Positions 15,600-25,311 of a stretch of DNA of 41,960 bases are shown piece by piece. Under the pieces are notes generated by a model that worked only from the letters and a program-made list of their open reading frames with translations, had not been told where the DNA came from and did no database searches. A program made the position numbers and the translations under genes. Source of the stretch: an uncultured Candidatus Saccharibacteria bacterium (GTDB lineage: Bacteria; Patescibacteriota; UBA1384; GWA2-35-9; CAYZGQ01). Each line of letters begins with the position of its first letter. Position 1 is the stretch's first letter. The stretch spans positions 1-41,960 of the forward strand of contig CAYZGQ010000003.1 in assembly GCA_964478135.1 (NCBI GenBank), read 5' to 3'.

Positions 15600-18311
15600 A
15601 TGATCAAACGTTTTTTAGGCAAGTTACTTGATTCCAATGAGTCAAAACTGGCGGCTTTAAAGCCTCTGGTTGATAAAATTAACAAATTTGAACCGTCCTT
15701 GGAAAATCTGTCCGCTGATCAGCTAAAAAACAAAACTATCGAGCTGAAACAAAGACTTGTCCAGGGGGATTCTTTGGACGATCTTTTACCCGAGGCTTTT
15801 GCCTTGGTTAGAGAAGCGGCCAAAAGATCAATCGGGCAAAGACACTTCGATGTTCAGCTAATGGGCGGGATCATTCTTCATCAAGGGAAGATTGCCGAGA
15901 TGAGGACCGGTGAGGGTAAAACCCTGGTCGCAACCCTGCCATTGTATCTTAACGCTCTCGAGGGCAAAGGATCGCACCTGGTGACGGTTAACGATTTTTT
16001 GGCCAAGTTTCACGCCCAGTGGATGGGCCGGATCTATCATCTCCTGGGCCTTTCGGTTAGCGCTATCGGCCACGAACAGTCTTTTGTCTATCGGCCTCAA
16101 AAGCGCGATATTGAAGATCAAACTTGGAGCCACCTCTGGCCGATTACCAGAAAAGAGGCCTACTTGGCTGACATTTGTTACGGCACTAATAACGAGTTTG
16201 GTTTTGATTATTTGCGCGATAATATGGCTTCTTCTTTAGAGTCAAGGGTTGGGCGCGATTTGAATTTTGCCATAATTGATGAGATCGACTCGATTTTGAT
16301 TGACGAGGCGCGCACGCCGCTCATAATTTCCGCCCCCTCGGTTGAGTCTGCCAAGTGGTACCAGCAGTTTGCCGCCCTGGTCCCAAAACTTAAAAAAGTC
16401 GAAGACTTTAGCCTGGATGAAAAACTGCGCTCGGTTAGCTTGACCGATCAAGGTATTAAAAAAATGGAACGCTGGCTGGGAGTCGATAATTTATATCAAC
16501 CAGCCTATGTTTCGGTCGTCCATTACCTCGAGCAGTCGCTTAAGGCTAATTTTTTGTATCACCAAGATAAAGATTATGTGGCCAAAGATGGCCAGATCGT
16601 GATCGTGGACGAGTTTACCGGCCGGCTGATGGAAGGACGGCGTTATTCCGAAGGCTTGCATCAAGCGATCGAGGCTAAAGAAGGACTCGAGGTTAACAAA
16701 GAATCTATAACCCTGGCGACAATTACCTTTCAAAACTTATTTCGCCTTTACACTAAACTTGCTGGCATGACCGGGACGGCCGAAACAGAAAAAGAAGAGT
16801 TTTATAAAATTTATCAACTCGATGTGGTTGTGGTTCCAACTAACCGGCCAATGATCAGGCTTGATCACCAAGACCAAATTTTCAAGACAGAACAAGCCAA
16901 GTTTCAGGCAGTTGTGGATGAGGTCAAAAGACGCCACGAGCGCGGTCAGCCTCTTTTAATTGGTACCGCTTCGATCCAAAAAAACGAAATATTGTCCGAT
17001 CTCCTTATTAAGTCTGGCGTTAAACACAATGTTTTGAATGCTAAAAATCATTATTTGGAGGCTCGGATTATCGCCCAAGCCGGAGCCAAGGGCGCGGTCA
17101 CATTAGCGACCAATATCGCTGGTCGGGGAGTTGATATAATTTTAGGCGGCACACCACCCAGTCAAACCAGTAGTTCGGGTCAGGACGACCGCCCAGATGA
17201 AGGCTCGTCCGAAGATCAGGATGCTGTTGGGCTAGAAGTATTTTCTTCTCGAATTCGAGATCTGAAAGGGTGGGAAAAGGAACACCAAGAAGTGGTTGAA
17301 TTGGGTGGTCTGACGGTCATTGGGACCGAACGTCATGAGTCGCGCCGGATTGATAATCAGTTGCGCGGCCGAACCGGCCGTCAGGGCGATCCGGGCGAAA
17401 CGATTTTCTATGTTTCTATGGAAGACGATCTAATGAGAATCTTCGGCGGCGATCGAATGAAAGGTTTGATGGATCGACTTGGTCTGCCGGATAATCAGCC
17501 GATCGAACACAAATTAGTTTCAAGATCAATCGAGCAAGCCCAAAAGAAAGTTGAAGGCCACAATTTTGATATTCGGAAGCACTTGCTTGAGTACGACGAC
17601 GTGCTGAATCGTCACCGAGAGGCGATTTATCGCAAGCGCCGTGAGATCTTGGAGTTTAAGGGTCGGGACGGACAGGGTCAGCCGATTTCTCTCCACCAAG
17701 AAGGGCTCGATTTTTTGGCTGATCTGGCTCAATCTTACAGCCAAAAAATGAAATCATATCCGGCTGATCTAGTGAGAAAGTTTGAGCAGGCGATTTATTT
17801 AAGAGTCATAGACACTCTTTGGATTGAGCATCTGACTTCGATGACCTCTTTGAGAGAATCGATTGGTTTGCGCGGCTGGGGTCAGAAAGATCCTTTAACC
17901 GAGTATAAGCACGAGGCTTACTCGATGTACCAAAAACTTCTCAGCTCGATCGAATTTCAAGTCGCTGACTCGCTCAAGAACCTCGAAATTGAACCTCTTG
18001 GCGAGTATGTCCGACCGGTTAAAGCTGATCAGCCCGCGCCAATCGAGAGCCAGGGGTTAAAGCGGTCAGCCAGCCCGTTGGTATCAGAGCAAGATGGGAC
18101 TGTTCCGGCCACCCTTGAGCTGACCGGTCAGTCCCCTGCTCCCTTGACCGGTTCTGGTAATGTTGTGGTGACGGTCCGTCAAAAAGGTCAGACCAGTCCA
18201 CTTGCAACATTTGGTTCAAGTTCAGGGCTGACCGGTTTTGGCAAGGTCGGCCGGAATGAGAAATGTCCCTGCGGCAGTGGCAAGAAGTATAAGAAGTGTC
18301 ATGGAAGATAG
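15600..18311 (+). CDS. secA: preprotein translocase ATPase SecA
   Basis: True N-terminus MIKRFLGKLLDSNESKL...; MRTGEGKTLVATLP (Walker A), DEIDSILIDEARTPLIIS (DEAD-like), TNIAGRGVDI, IGTERHESRRIDNQLRGRTGRQGDPG, and the C-terminal zinc motif CPCGSGKKYKKCHG. The 93 codons upstream (15321-15599) are non-SecA-like and overlap the sRNA locus. Confidence 0.95.
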   Translation: MIKRFLGKLLDSNESKLAALKPLVDKINKFEPSLENLSADQLKNKTIELKQRLVQGDSLDDLLPEAFALVREAAKRSIGQRHFDVQLMGGIILHQGKIAEMRTGEGKTLVATLPLYLNALEGKGSHLVTVNDFLAKFHAQWMGRIYHLLGLSVSAIGHEQSFVYRPQKRDIEDQTWSHLWPITRKEAYLADICYGTNNEFGFDYLRDNMASSLESRVGRDLNFAIIDEIDSILIDEARTPLIISAPSVESAKWYQQFAALVPKLKKVEDFSLDEKLRSVSLTDQGIKKMERWLGVDNLYQPAYVSVVHYLEQSLKANFLYHQDKDYVAKDGQIVIVDEFTGRLMEGRRYSEGLHQAIEAKEGLEVNKESITLATITFQNLFRLYTKLAGMTGTAETEKEEFYKIYQLDVVVVPTNRPMIRLDHQDQIFKTEQAKFQAVVDEVKRRHERGQPLLIGTASIQKNEILSDLLIKSGVKHNVLNAKNHYLEARIIAQAGAKGAVTLATNIAGRGVDIILGGTPPSQTSSSGQDDRPDEGSSEDQDAVGLEVFSSRIRDLKGWEKEHQEVVELGGLTVIGTERHESRRIDNQLRGRTGRQGDPGETIFYVSMEDDLMRIFGGDRMKGLMDRLGLPDNQPIEHKLVSRSIEQAQKKVEGHNFDIRKHLLEYDDVLNRHREAIYRKRREILEFKGRDGQGQPISLHQEGLDFLADLAQSYSQKMKSYPADLVRKFEQAIYLRVIDTLWIEHLTSMTSLRESIGLRGWGQKDPLTEYKHEAYSMYQKLLSSIEFQVADSLKNLEIEPLGEYVRPVKADQPAPIESQGLKRSASPLVSEQDGTVPATLELTGQSPAPLTGSGNVVVTVRQKGQTSPLATFGSSSGLTGFGKVGRNEKCPCGSGKKYKKCHGR

Positions 18312-18383
18312 AGTTCAAATGAAAAATGAAAGTGGAACCCCTTTCATCAAGTTTTAACCGATTCAGAATCGGAACATAGTAGC

Positions 18384-18962
18384 ATGCAAGATCAACTTTT
18401 TATTCCGATAATTCTTGGGACAGGCCGACTTGGGCGCTCAAGCGAAAGAGTGGCCGGCTGGCTTTTGGATCAAATCGAGCGATCGGGTTGGTTCGAAACA
18501 GACTTGATTGATCCGAAAGAGTTTGATTTGCCGAGCGATCTGTCAGCCAAAGACACCCCTAGTCTTAAAAAATGGCAGGCCCTGGCCAGCCGGGCTGATG
18601 GCTACATTATCGTTAGCCCAGAGTACAACCATGGTTATCCGGCCGGGCTCAAAAACATGCTCGACTATCTTTACCAGCAGTTTAATCAAAAACCAGTCGG
18701 TTTGGCCGGGGTTTCGGCTGGGCAAAGCGGCGGTATTAGAGTAGTGGAACAGTTGCGCCTAGTCGCCATAGAACTTCAGATGGTGCCGATTCGCTCGGCC
18801 CTTTACTTTGGATCGGTTAAGGCGCTTTTTGATTCCCAGGGCGAGCTTACGAATCAAAACCAGGCTGATTACAAAACTAGATTGGACAAGTTTTTAAGCG
18901 AGCTGATTTGGTATGCCCAAGTCTTAAAACAAGGTCGGGCTAGTCGGCCAAGGGCGTGGTGA
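18384..18962 (+). CDS. NADPH-dependent FMN reductase family protein
   Basis: 192 aa. Flavodoxin-like fold motifs IILGTGRLGRSSERVA and YIIVSPEYNHGYPAGLKN. Confidence 0.75.
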   Translation: MQDQLFIPIILGTGRLGRSSERVAGWLLDQIERSGWFETDLIDPKEFDLPSDLSAKDTPSLKKWQALASRADGYIIVSPEYNHGYPAGLKNMLDYLYQQFNQKPVGLAGVSAGQSGGIRVVEQLRLVAIELQMVPIRSALYFGSVKALFDSQGELTNQNQADYKTRLDKFLSELIWYAQVLKQGRASRPRAW

Positions 18963-19585
18963 TGGGCTGGCTCCAGCTTTCTTCCAAAGTTCTAGTCAAA
19001 AATCGTTGGCTTAAGGTCCGACAAGATTTAGTCGTCCGATCAGACGGCAGTCAGTCCGACTACTATATTGTCGAGCGACCCAATTTTGTCTTAATCATTC
19101 CTCAAATAAAGGATAACCGTTTTTTGATGGTTGATCTTTATCGTTACCCGGTTGATCACAACTCGCTCGAGTTTCCGATGGGTATGACAGAAGGTCAGGA
19201 TCATCAAACCGCCGCTAGGCGCGAAGCCGAAGAAGAAACAGGCTGGCGTCCCAGCCGGTTGAGCTCGCTCGGCTGGCTTGATTTAGCCAACGGACTGTCA
19301 ACCGAACGGTTCGAAATTTTTTTAGCGACTGGTTTGACCCATGGCCGCCAGCGGCTTGACCCGGGCGAGCACGGCATGGTGGTTCAGGAGTTGTCCGGTC
19401 GCCAGATTGAGACTAAAATAGCCCAAGGCAAAATTATAGACGGGCCGACCATCGCCGCCTGGCAGGTCTATAAATTAAAACAAGCCAGATCAGAATTTGG
19501 CCAGATCTCTCCAAGAGGTAAAACTAGGATTAAGTCAGACAAGCACAACAAGTCAGAACAAGTAAATTCAAGCGACAACGGGTGA
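18956..19585 (+). CDS. Nudix hydrolase (ADP-ribose pyrophosphatase-like)
   Basis: Nudix box GMTEGQDHQTAARREAEEETG. The start may be ATG 18962, which overlaps the upstream TGA. Confidence 0.8.
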   Translation: MVMGWLQLSSKVLVKNRWLKVRQDLVVRSDGSQSDYYIVERPNFVLIIPQIKDNRFLMVDLYRYPVDHNSLEFPMGMTEGQDHQTAARREAEEETGWRPSRLSSLGWLDLANGLSTERFEIFLATGLTHGRQRLDPGEHGMVVQELSGRQIETKIAQGKIIDGPTIAAWQVYKLKQARSEFGQISPRGKTRIKSDKHNKSEQVNSSDNG

Positions 19586-19841
19586 GATCCAGACCAGAAA
19601 GCCAAACATTAGTTTGGATCGATTGGTTTTGATTCTGACAAAATCGATGACAGTTCAATGACTGATTTAACCAAGCCCTGGCGCGATCAGATCGAAGCCG
19701 TCGTTTGGCTCGGTCTTTAAAAAGTCAACATCGACTCGATTGTGTCGGGCAGAATTTTTGTTACCAAGCCGCCCGCGGGCAAGTTTAGACCATAAAAATG
19801 TCTCTCCGAAATCAAAAGTTTAAGATAAGTGATTCGTTTTT

Positions 19842-19850
19842 TGCTATACT
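19842..19850 (+). promoter_or_regulatory. extended -10 element TGcTATACT, 6 nt upstream of ATG 19857
   Basis: Counted directly. No SD in the gap. Confidence 0.4.
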
Positions 19851-19856
19851 TGTGTC

Positions 19857-20705
19857 ATGATCAGAATCGGAGCTCATCTGTCCAGCGCCGGTAGTTTAAC
19901 CGGTGCGCTTGAGCGAGCAGATTCAATTGGCGCTAACTGTATCCAGATTTTTGTCGGATCGCCCCGTTCTTGGCTAGGTCCTAACATAAATCCTGATCAA
20001 GTTGATCAGTTTTTAGTCCGATCAAAACAACTCGACATAGCGCCAGTTTTTATCCACGCGATTTACTTGATCGGTTTAGGTTCGAATAATCCAGTTCTTA
20101 CAGCCCGGAGCATAGAGTCTTTAATTAACTCACTTAAGGTGGCTGACAAGATCGGTGCGATTGGAGTGATTACCCATTTGGGTTCAAGTCAGGGGGCTGA
20201 TTTTAAGTTAGTCCTGGCTCGGCTTAAATCCTCGATCAAAACAATTCTCTCGCGCGCCCAAACAAGAGCTAGATTGATTATTGAAAACAGTGCCGGCCAG
20301 AAAAACGGGATCGGCTCGAGACTTGACCAGCTAGCCGAGATATTGGCGATTGATCCCAATTTGGGACTGTGTCTTGACAGCGCTCACGCCTTCGCGGCCG
20401 GACTCGATTTGAGCGGTCAAAAGACGCTGAACGAGCTGGTTGAACAAATTGATCGGTCAATCGGGTTAGACCGATTACTGGTGATTCACGTCAACGACTC
20501 GAAAGTTGGGCTGGCCGGTCGGGCCGACAGGCACGAAAACATCGGTCAGGGCGCGATCGGGCTGGACGCCTTTGGCCGGATGCTCAATCACCCTAAATTG
20601 CGCGGCAAGCCGTTTATTTTGGAAACGCCCGGCTTTGAACCCAAACACAAAGGGCCGGATCGCCGGAATGTTGATCTGCTCAAAAGTGTGGTACGACTCA
20701 AATGA
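19857..20705 (+). CDS. nfo: deoxyribonuclease IV (endonuclease IV, AP endonuclease family 2)
   Basis: IGAHLS..., CIQIFVGSPRSW, ITHLGS, LIIENSAGQ, CLDSAHAFAAG, IHVNDSK, DRHENIGQG and ILETP. Confidence 0.9.
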   Translation: MIRIGAHLSSAGSLTGALERADSIGANCIQIFVGSPRSWLGPNINPDQVDQFLVRSKQLDIAPVFIHAIYLIGLGSNNPVLTARSIESLINSLKVADKIGAIGVITHLGSSQGADFKLVLARLKSSIKTILSRAQTRARLIIENSAGQKNGIGSRLDQLAEILAIDPNLGLCLDSAHAFAAGLDLSGQKTLNELVEQIDRSIGLDRLLVIHVNDSKVGLAGRADRHENIGQGAIGLDAFGRMLNHPKLRGKPFILETPGFEPKHKGPDRRNVDLLKSVVRLK

Positions 20706-21745
20706 TCTCAACCAAGCTGATTAAGATTGATCCCGTTAAACCAGACCGAAAAATTATCCAGCAGGCCGCCCGGTTGATCAGGCGCGGCCGCTTGGTCGCC
20801 TTTCCGACCGAAACAGTTTACGGTTTGGGCGCCGATGGACTCAATCCTCGGGCGCTCGAGCGAATTTTTCGAGCCAAAGGCCGGCCGGCCGACAATCCGA
20901 TTATTTTGCACATCAGCCGGCTGGCCCAACTCGATCGGTTGATTCTTACTCAAAGCCGGCTGGCCAAAAAACTGGCCAAAGTTTTTTGGCCTGGACCCTT
21001 AACGATCGTGTTAGCCAAGTCAAAGATTGTCCCTCAAGAGTTGACCGGCGGTTTGGAGACTCTAGCGGTCAGACTGCCGGCTCATCCAGTTGCCCAAGCG
21101 CTCATTGAAGCGGCTGGCGGTCCAATCGCCGCGCCCTCGGCCAACTTGTCCGGTCGACCGAGCTCAACCAGAGCCGACCATGTCTTGACTGATCTTGGGG
21201 GAAAGATTGATTTGATTTTAGACGCTGGCGAGAGTCAGATTGGTCTGGAGTCAACAGTTTTAGACATTAGGGATCAACCGACGATTCTGCGACCCGGTTC
21301 AATCACTAAAGTTCAATTGGAACGTTCAATCGGCGCTCCGGTGGCTGAACGGTTCGTTTCAAGCCTCGGGCCGGCCCGATCACCCGGTACCAAATACACT
21401 CACTACAGCCCAAAGGCTCAACTTATTTTAGTCAAACCGACCCTACCCCTCGTATCCGCCAAACCAATCAACCGGTTAGTCTCTTTTTACCAAACTGGCG
21501 GCAGACGAGTTGGGGTTTTGGCGACTCTTGAAGTGCTCAAGAATGTTAAAGGGGCTGATCTTAAAGAAAGTTTAGCCGATGGACCAGATCTAACCCAAGT
21601 GGGAGCTAACTTGTTTGCTGGCTTGCGATCGCTCGATCGTCAAAGAGCCGATCTTATCATCTGTCAGTCTTTTGTCCGGCGAGGTCTGGGCCGGGCGATT
21701 ATGGATCGGCTTGATAAAGCGGCCAGCTCTAGTGTGACAAAATGA
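20702..21745 (+). CDS. tsaC: L-threonylcarbamoyladenylate synthase, Sua5 type (YrdC domain + Sua5 C-terminal domain)
   Basis: VAFPTETVYGLGAD, KGRPADNPIILHI, PGPLT, APSANLSGRPS and LRPG. 347 aa, which implies the extra Sua5 domain. Confidence 0.85.
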   Translation: MISTKLIKIDPVKPDRKIIQQAARLIRRGRLVAFPTETVYGLGADGLNPRALERIFRAKGRPADNPIILHISRLAQLDRLILTQSRLAKKLAKVFWPGPLTIVLAKSKIVPQELTGGLETLAVRLPAHPVAQALIEAAGGPIAAPSANLSGRPSSTRADHVLTDLGGKIDLILDAGESQIGLESTVLDIRDQPTILRPGSITKVQLERSIGAPVAERFVSSLGPARSPGTKYTHYSPKAQLILVKPTLPLVSAKPINRLVSFYQTGGRRVGVLATLEVLKNVKGADLKESLADGPDLTQVGANLFAGLRSLDRQRADLIICQSFVRRGLGRAIMDRLDKAASSSVTK

Positions 21746-21774
21746 GACTCGAGGTAGTCTGACCAAAGTTTGAT

Positions 21775-23574
21775 ATGACCAATCAGCAAATCGCCCAAAT
21801 TTTATCCCGAACAGCCCAACTGCTCGAACTCAAAGGGGCTAATCCATTTGAGGTTCGAGCCTATCGGCGGGCCGCTCGAGAGGTCGAGTCGGCCCAAGGG
21901 TCGATCGAACGCAACTACCGGCGCGGTGGTGTTGGCGATCTGACAAAACTCTCCGGGATCGGCCCAACAATCGCCAACCAGATTAAAGAGTTGATTGAAA
22001 CCGGTCGGCTGGCCAAATATACCAAGCTCAAACAATCAATTCCCAAAGTCGAGTTGGAGCTGATCGAGATTCCGAGTCTTGGTCCAAAAACCGCTCAAAA
22101 AATAGTCTCTGTTCTAAAGCTTAAGAGTCGGGCTGATTTGGTCCGGCGGCTTAAAAAGAGAGATCCCAGAATCATCCAAAAACTAGCCCAACTGTCACTC
22201 AAAGAAAAAACACTCCAAAACATAATCCGCGGGGCCGATCAGATTGGCCGTCAGACCGCCCGGCTGACCATTGCCGAGGCACTCCCGATTGCCCAGACCT
22301 TGCTCACGGGTCTTAAAAACCACCCGGGCGTGATTCAGGCTGACGTTGTCGGGAGTTTGCGCCGATGGCAGGAAACGGTCGGAGATATTGATCTAGTCGC
22401 GTCAGTCAAAAAAGGATCAGCCGTTAGGGTGATTGATTATTTTGTCAAGCTTAATGGAATCAAAAGAGTTTTGGCCCAGGGCAAGACCAAGGCTGTTGTT
22501 ATACACAGCTTTAAGTCAACCCGGATTGATTTAGAAATACTGGCTCAAAAAGAGTATGGCTCACTCCTACAACACTTGACAGGCTCAAAAGAGCACAACA
22601 TCGCGTTGCGATCCTGGGCGGTTCAGCACGGCTTTTCGATTTCCGAACATGGGCTGAAGATACTCAAGACAGGCAAGACCAAGCACAACAAATTAGCTCG
22701 AGTAAAAACGAGTCAAGATGGGTTGGTGACATGCCCAACCGAGGCCAAGCTTTACCGAACTCTTGGGATGGACTGGATCCCGCCTGAACTGCGTGAAAAT
22801 CGAGGCGAGATTGAGGCGGCCCTAACCCATAAACTGCCCAAACTAATAGAGCTGAAAGATATTAAGGGCGACCTTCACGCTCACACCAGGCTTTCGTTTA
22901 GCCGATTGGGCCCGGAAGAGATGGCCCGGGCCGCGATCGGACTGGGTTATTCCTATCTTGCGATTACCGATCACTCACAGGGACTAGGAGTGACCGGGGG
23001 TCTGGACCGGCGCCAGATAATTGTGCGAAGAAAAATTTTCGATCGGCTCAACGAGAGATATAAGCGCCATAAGTTTCGCCTCCTACTAGGTGTTGAACTT
23101 AATATTAGAGCTGACGGCCAGCTTGATTTGGACGACCAAACGCTTAAATTATGTGACTGGGTCTTGGCTGCGATCCACTCGAGTTTCAATCAATCCGGGC
23201 GAGTCTTGACCGAGCGTTATTTGAAAGCGATCAACAACAGGTACGTCCATGCCTTGGCCCATCCCAGCGGTCGTCGGCTCAACAAGCAACCAGGCATGGA
23301 CATTTTCTGGCAAGACCTGTTTACAGCTTGCCGCCAAGCCAGTGTCGCCCTTGAAATCAATAGCGCTCCTTATAGGCTTGATTTACCAGACCGACTGATA
23401 AGGCAAGCCAGTCAGCTGGGCAATAAATTCGTTATTAACACCGACTCTCATAGCCCGGATCAGTTAGGTTTAATGGGCTTGGGAGTTGCCCAAGCGGCAA
23501 GAGGCTGGTTGACCAGCGAGCAAGTTCTTAATACACTGGATTATACCAAGTTAGCGAGCGAGCTGGTTAGATAA
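21775..23574 (+). CDS. polX: DNA polymerase/3'-5' exonuclease PolX (family X polymerase + PHP domain)
   Basis: HhH regions (LSGIGPTIANQI, IPSLGPKTAQKI). Pol beta-like catalytic VGSLRRWQETVGDIDLV. PHP metal motifs GDLHAHT, ITDHS and INTDSH. Confidence 0.85.
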   Translation: MTNQQIAQILSRTAQLLELKGANPFEVRAYRRAAREVESAQGSIERNYRRGGVGDLTKLSGIGPTIANQIKELIETGRLAKYTKLKQSIPKVELELIEIPSLGPKTAQKIVSVLKLKSRADLVRRLKKRDPRIIQKLAQLSLKEKTLQNIIRGADQIGRQTARLTIAEALPIAQTLLTGLKNHPGVIQADVVGSLRRWQETVGDIDLVASVKKGSAVRVIDYFVKLNGIKRVLAQGKTKAVVIHSFKSTRIDLEILAQKEYGSLLQHLTGSKEHNIALRSWAVQHGFSISEHGLKILKTGKTKHNKLARVKTSQDGLVTCPTEAKLYRTLGMDWIPPELRENRGEIEAALTHKLPKLIELKDIKGDLHAHTRLSFSRLGPEEMARAAIGLGYSYLAITDHSQGLGVTGGLDRRQIIVRRKIFDRLNERYKRHKFRLLLGVELNIRADGQLDLDDQTLKLCDWVLAAIHSSFNQSGRVLTERYLKAINNRYVHALAHPSGRRLNKQPGMDIFWQDLFTACRQASVALEINSAPYRLDLPDRLIRQASQLGNKFVINTDSHSPDQLGLMGLGVAQAARGWLTSEQVLNTLDYTKLASELVR

Positions 23575-23619
23575 GCATCAGCCAGTGCTTAACATTGGAT
23601 CAATCTTAAGGAGGGTTTT

Positions 23620-24384
23620 TTGTCAGCCTCAATTTTAAAACGTGTTGTCGGTTCTCTTATTAGTCCGTCCGAGCCGGTTAAGGCGCCGCAGTTTAACCCA
23701 AGGGCTTTAATTGAACTAAGGGACGTTTCAAAGTACTACCAATCTATCCGGGCCGTTAATAAAATTAGTTTCTCGATTAGCTCGGGCGAGTTTGTCTCGA
23801 TAGTCGGGCCCTCCGGGGCCGGCAAGTCAACTCTGGTTAAGCTCTTAATTGCCGAGGAGAGTCCAAGCTCGGGTTCAATTTTAGTCGCCGGGCGCGAGAT
23901 CATTAACTTAACAACCAACGAACTGCCTTACTATCGGCGCAAGATCGGGGTTGTCTTTCAGGACTTTAAACTCCTGCGCCAAAAAACCGTTGCCGAGAAT
24001 ATCGCCTTTGCCTTGGAAGTGAGTGATTTTTCCAACCAAGTGATCGAGGATCGACTGGACAAAATTTTAAGACTGGTTGGCTTGGAGTACCGGGCCAGCA
24101 ACTACATTCTAGAACTCTCGGGTGGGGAAAAACAGCGCGTTTCAATCGCCCGGGCACTGGTTCATCTGCCCAAGATTTTAATAGCGGACGAGCCAACCGG
24201 TAACCTTGACCCTGGCAACGCCCAGGATATTATTAAATTGCTGTTAAAGATTAATTCTCGAGGCACGACCGTTATTTTGGCGACCCACAACAAGACGATA
24301 GTTGATAGTTTACGCCGACGGGTCATCGCCCTTAAGACCGGTCAACTTGAGTTTGACCGGCCGGTCAGCCGTTATATGGGCTAA
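23620..24384 (+). CDS. ftsE: cell division ABC transporter ATP-binding protein FtsE
   Basis: Walker A GPSGAGKST, signature LSGGEKQR, Walker B LIADEPTGNLD. AAGGAGGG upstream of TTG 23620. About 35-aa N-terminal extension. Confidence 0.9.
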   Translation: MSASILKRVVGSLISPSEPVKAPQFNPRALIELRDVSKYYQSIRAVNKISFSISSGEFVSIVGPSGAGKSTLVKLLIAEESPSSGSILVAGREIINLTTNELPYYRRKIGVVFQDFKLLRQKTVAENIAFALEVSDFSNQVIEDRLDKILRLVGLEYRASNYILELSGGEKQRVSIARALVHLPKILIADEPTGNLDPGNAQDIIKLLLKINSRGTTVILATHNKTIVDSLRRRVIALKTGQLEFDRPVSRYMG

Positions 24385-24389
24385 CTACC

Positions 24390-25301
24390 ATGAGTCTAAC
24401 AACCCTTAAACGAGTTTTGAAATTAGGACTGGTCAATTTTACCCGAAACTTGTGGCTGGAGTTGGCTGGCGTTTTAGTGACCGCCTTGGCCTTGGTAATG
24501 ATTATCACCTTTTTTATCATCCACAAGTCAGTCGGGACTGTCTCGGACATTATTAAAGACAAAATTGATTTTATTGTTTTTTTCAATGATGAGGTCTCCG
24601 ATCAGGAAATCAAAGATTTACAGCTTAACTTAAAGGCCCGGAGCGGACTGTCAGAGGTGACATATGTCGGCAAGGAAGAGGCCTTGGCCCTGTTTCAAAA
24701 CCGGCCAATTCCAACCAGTATCAAGCAATTGGTCAGCCCGACCAGCAATCCTTTGAGACGAAGTCTTAAAATCAAGTCTTCTGAGACCCAGCTGCTCGAC
24801 CAACTTTACTCTCAATTGAGTTCATCTGACTGGCAAGCCAAAATCCACCGGGTGAGCTATGAAACCAATCGATTGGCGATAGAAAGACTAATCGCTATTA
24901 TTAATGTCGCCCAATCAGTCAGTTTTAGTTTGGTCGTCCTTTTTGTCTTAATCGCGGTTTTAGTTATGATCAACACAATTCGATTAATCATTATCTCAAG
25001 ACTTGACGAAGTTGAGGTTATGCGGCTGGTTGGGGCAACCAGCTGGTTCATCCGACTGCCATTTTTAGTCGAAGCGGCTGGGGTGGCTGTTTTGGCCAGC
25101 CTACTCGCGATCGCTACCAGCGCTCTAGGGGTTTCGTTTTTGGCGCCTTACTTGAGCCGTTTTCTTTTAGAAGCGCCCGAAGGTTTAGTTAGAATTTTTG
25201 TCTCCAACATTGTTTTCTTGGTCAGCATTTCCTTGGTTACCAGTCTTGCAATTACTTTCGGCACCAGTATGATAGCGATACGACGACACATTAGACTCTA
25301 A
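24390..25301 (+). CDS. ftsX: cell division permease-like protein FtsX
   Basis: TM1, then a periplasmic domain (VYFNDEV-like IVFFNDEVSDQEIKDL...VTYVGKEEAL), then three C-terminal TM helices. Follows ftsE. Confidence 0.85.
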   Translation: MSLTTLKRVLKLGLVNFTRNLWLELAGVLVTALALVMIITFFIIHKSVGTVSDIIKDKIDFIVFFNDEVSDQEIKDLQLNLKARSGLSEVTYVGKEEALALFQNRPIPTSIKQLVSPTSNPLRRSLKIKSSETQLLDQLYSQLSSSDWQAKIHRVSYETNRLAIERLIAIINVAQSVSFSLVVLFVLIAVLVMINTIRLIIISRLDEVEVMRLVGATSWFIRLPFLVEAAGVAVLASLLAIATSALGVSFLAPYLSRFLLEAPEGLVRIFVSNIVFLVSISLVTSLAITFGTSMIAIRRHIRL

Positions 25302-25311
25302 GGAGGCTAAA

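Noticed and set aside
17150-17290. Ser/Asp/Glu-rich stretch in SecA (GGTPPSQTSSSGQDDRPDEGSSEDQD...) as a novel insertion
   Set aside because: It lies in the naturally variable segment between GRGxDI and GGLxVIGTERHES, which also holds about 35 residues in E. coli SecA. It is only modestly longer.
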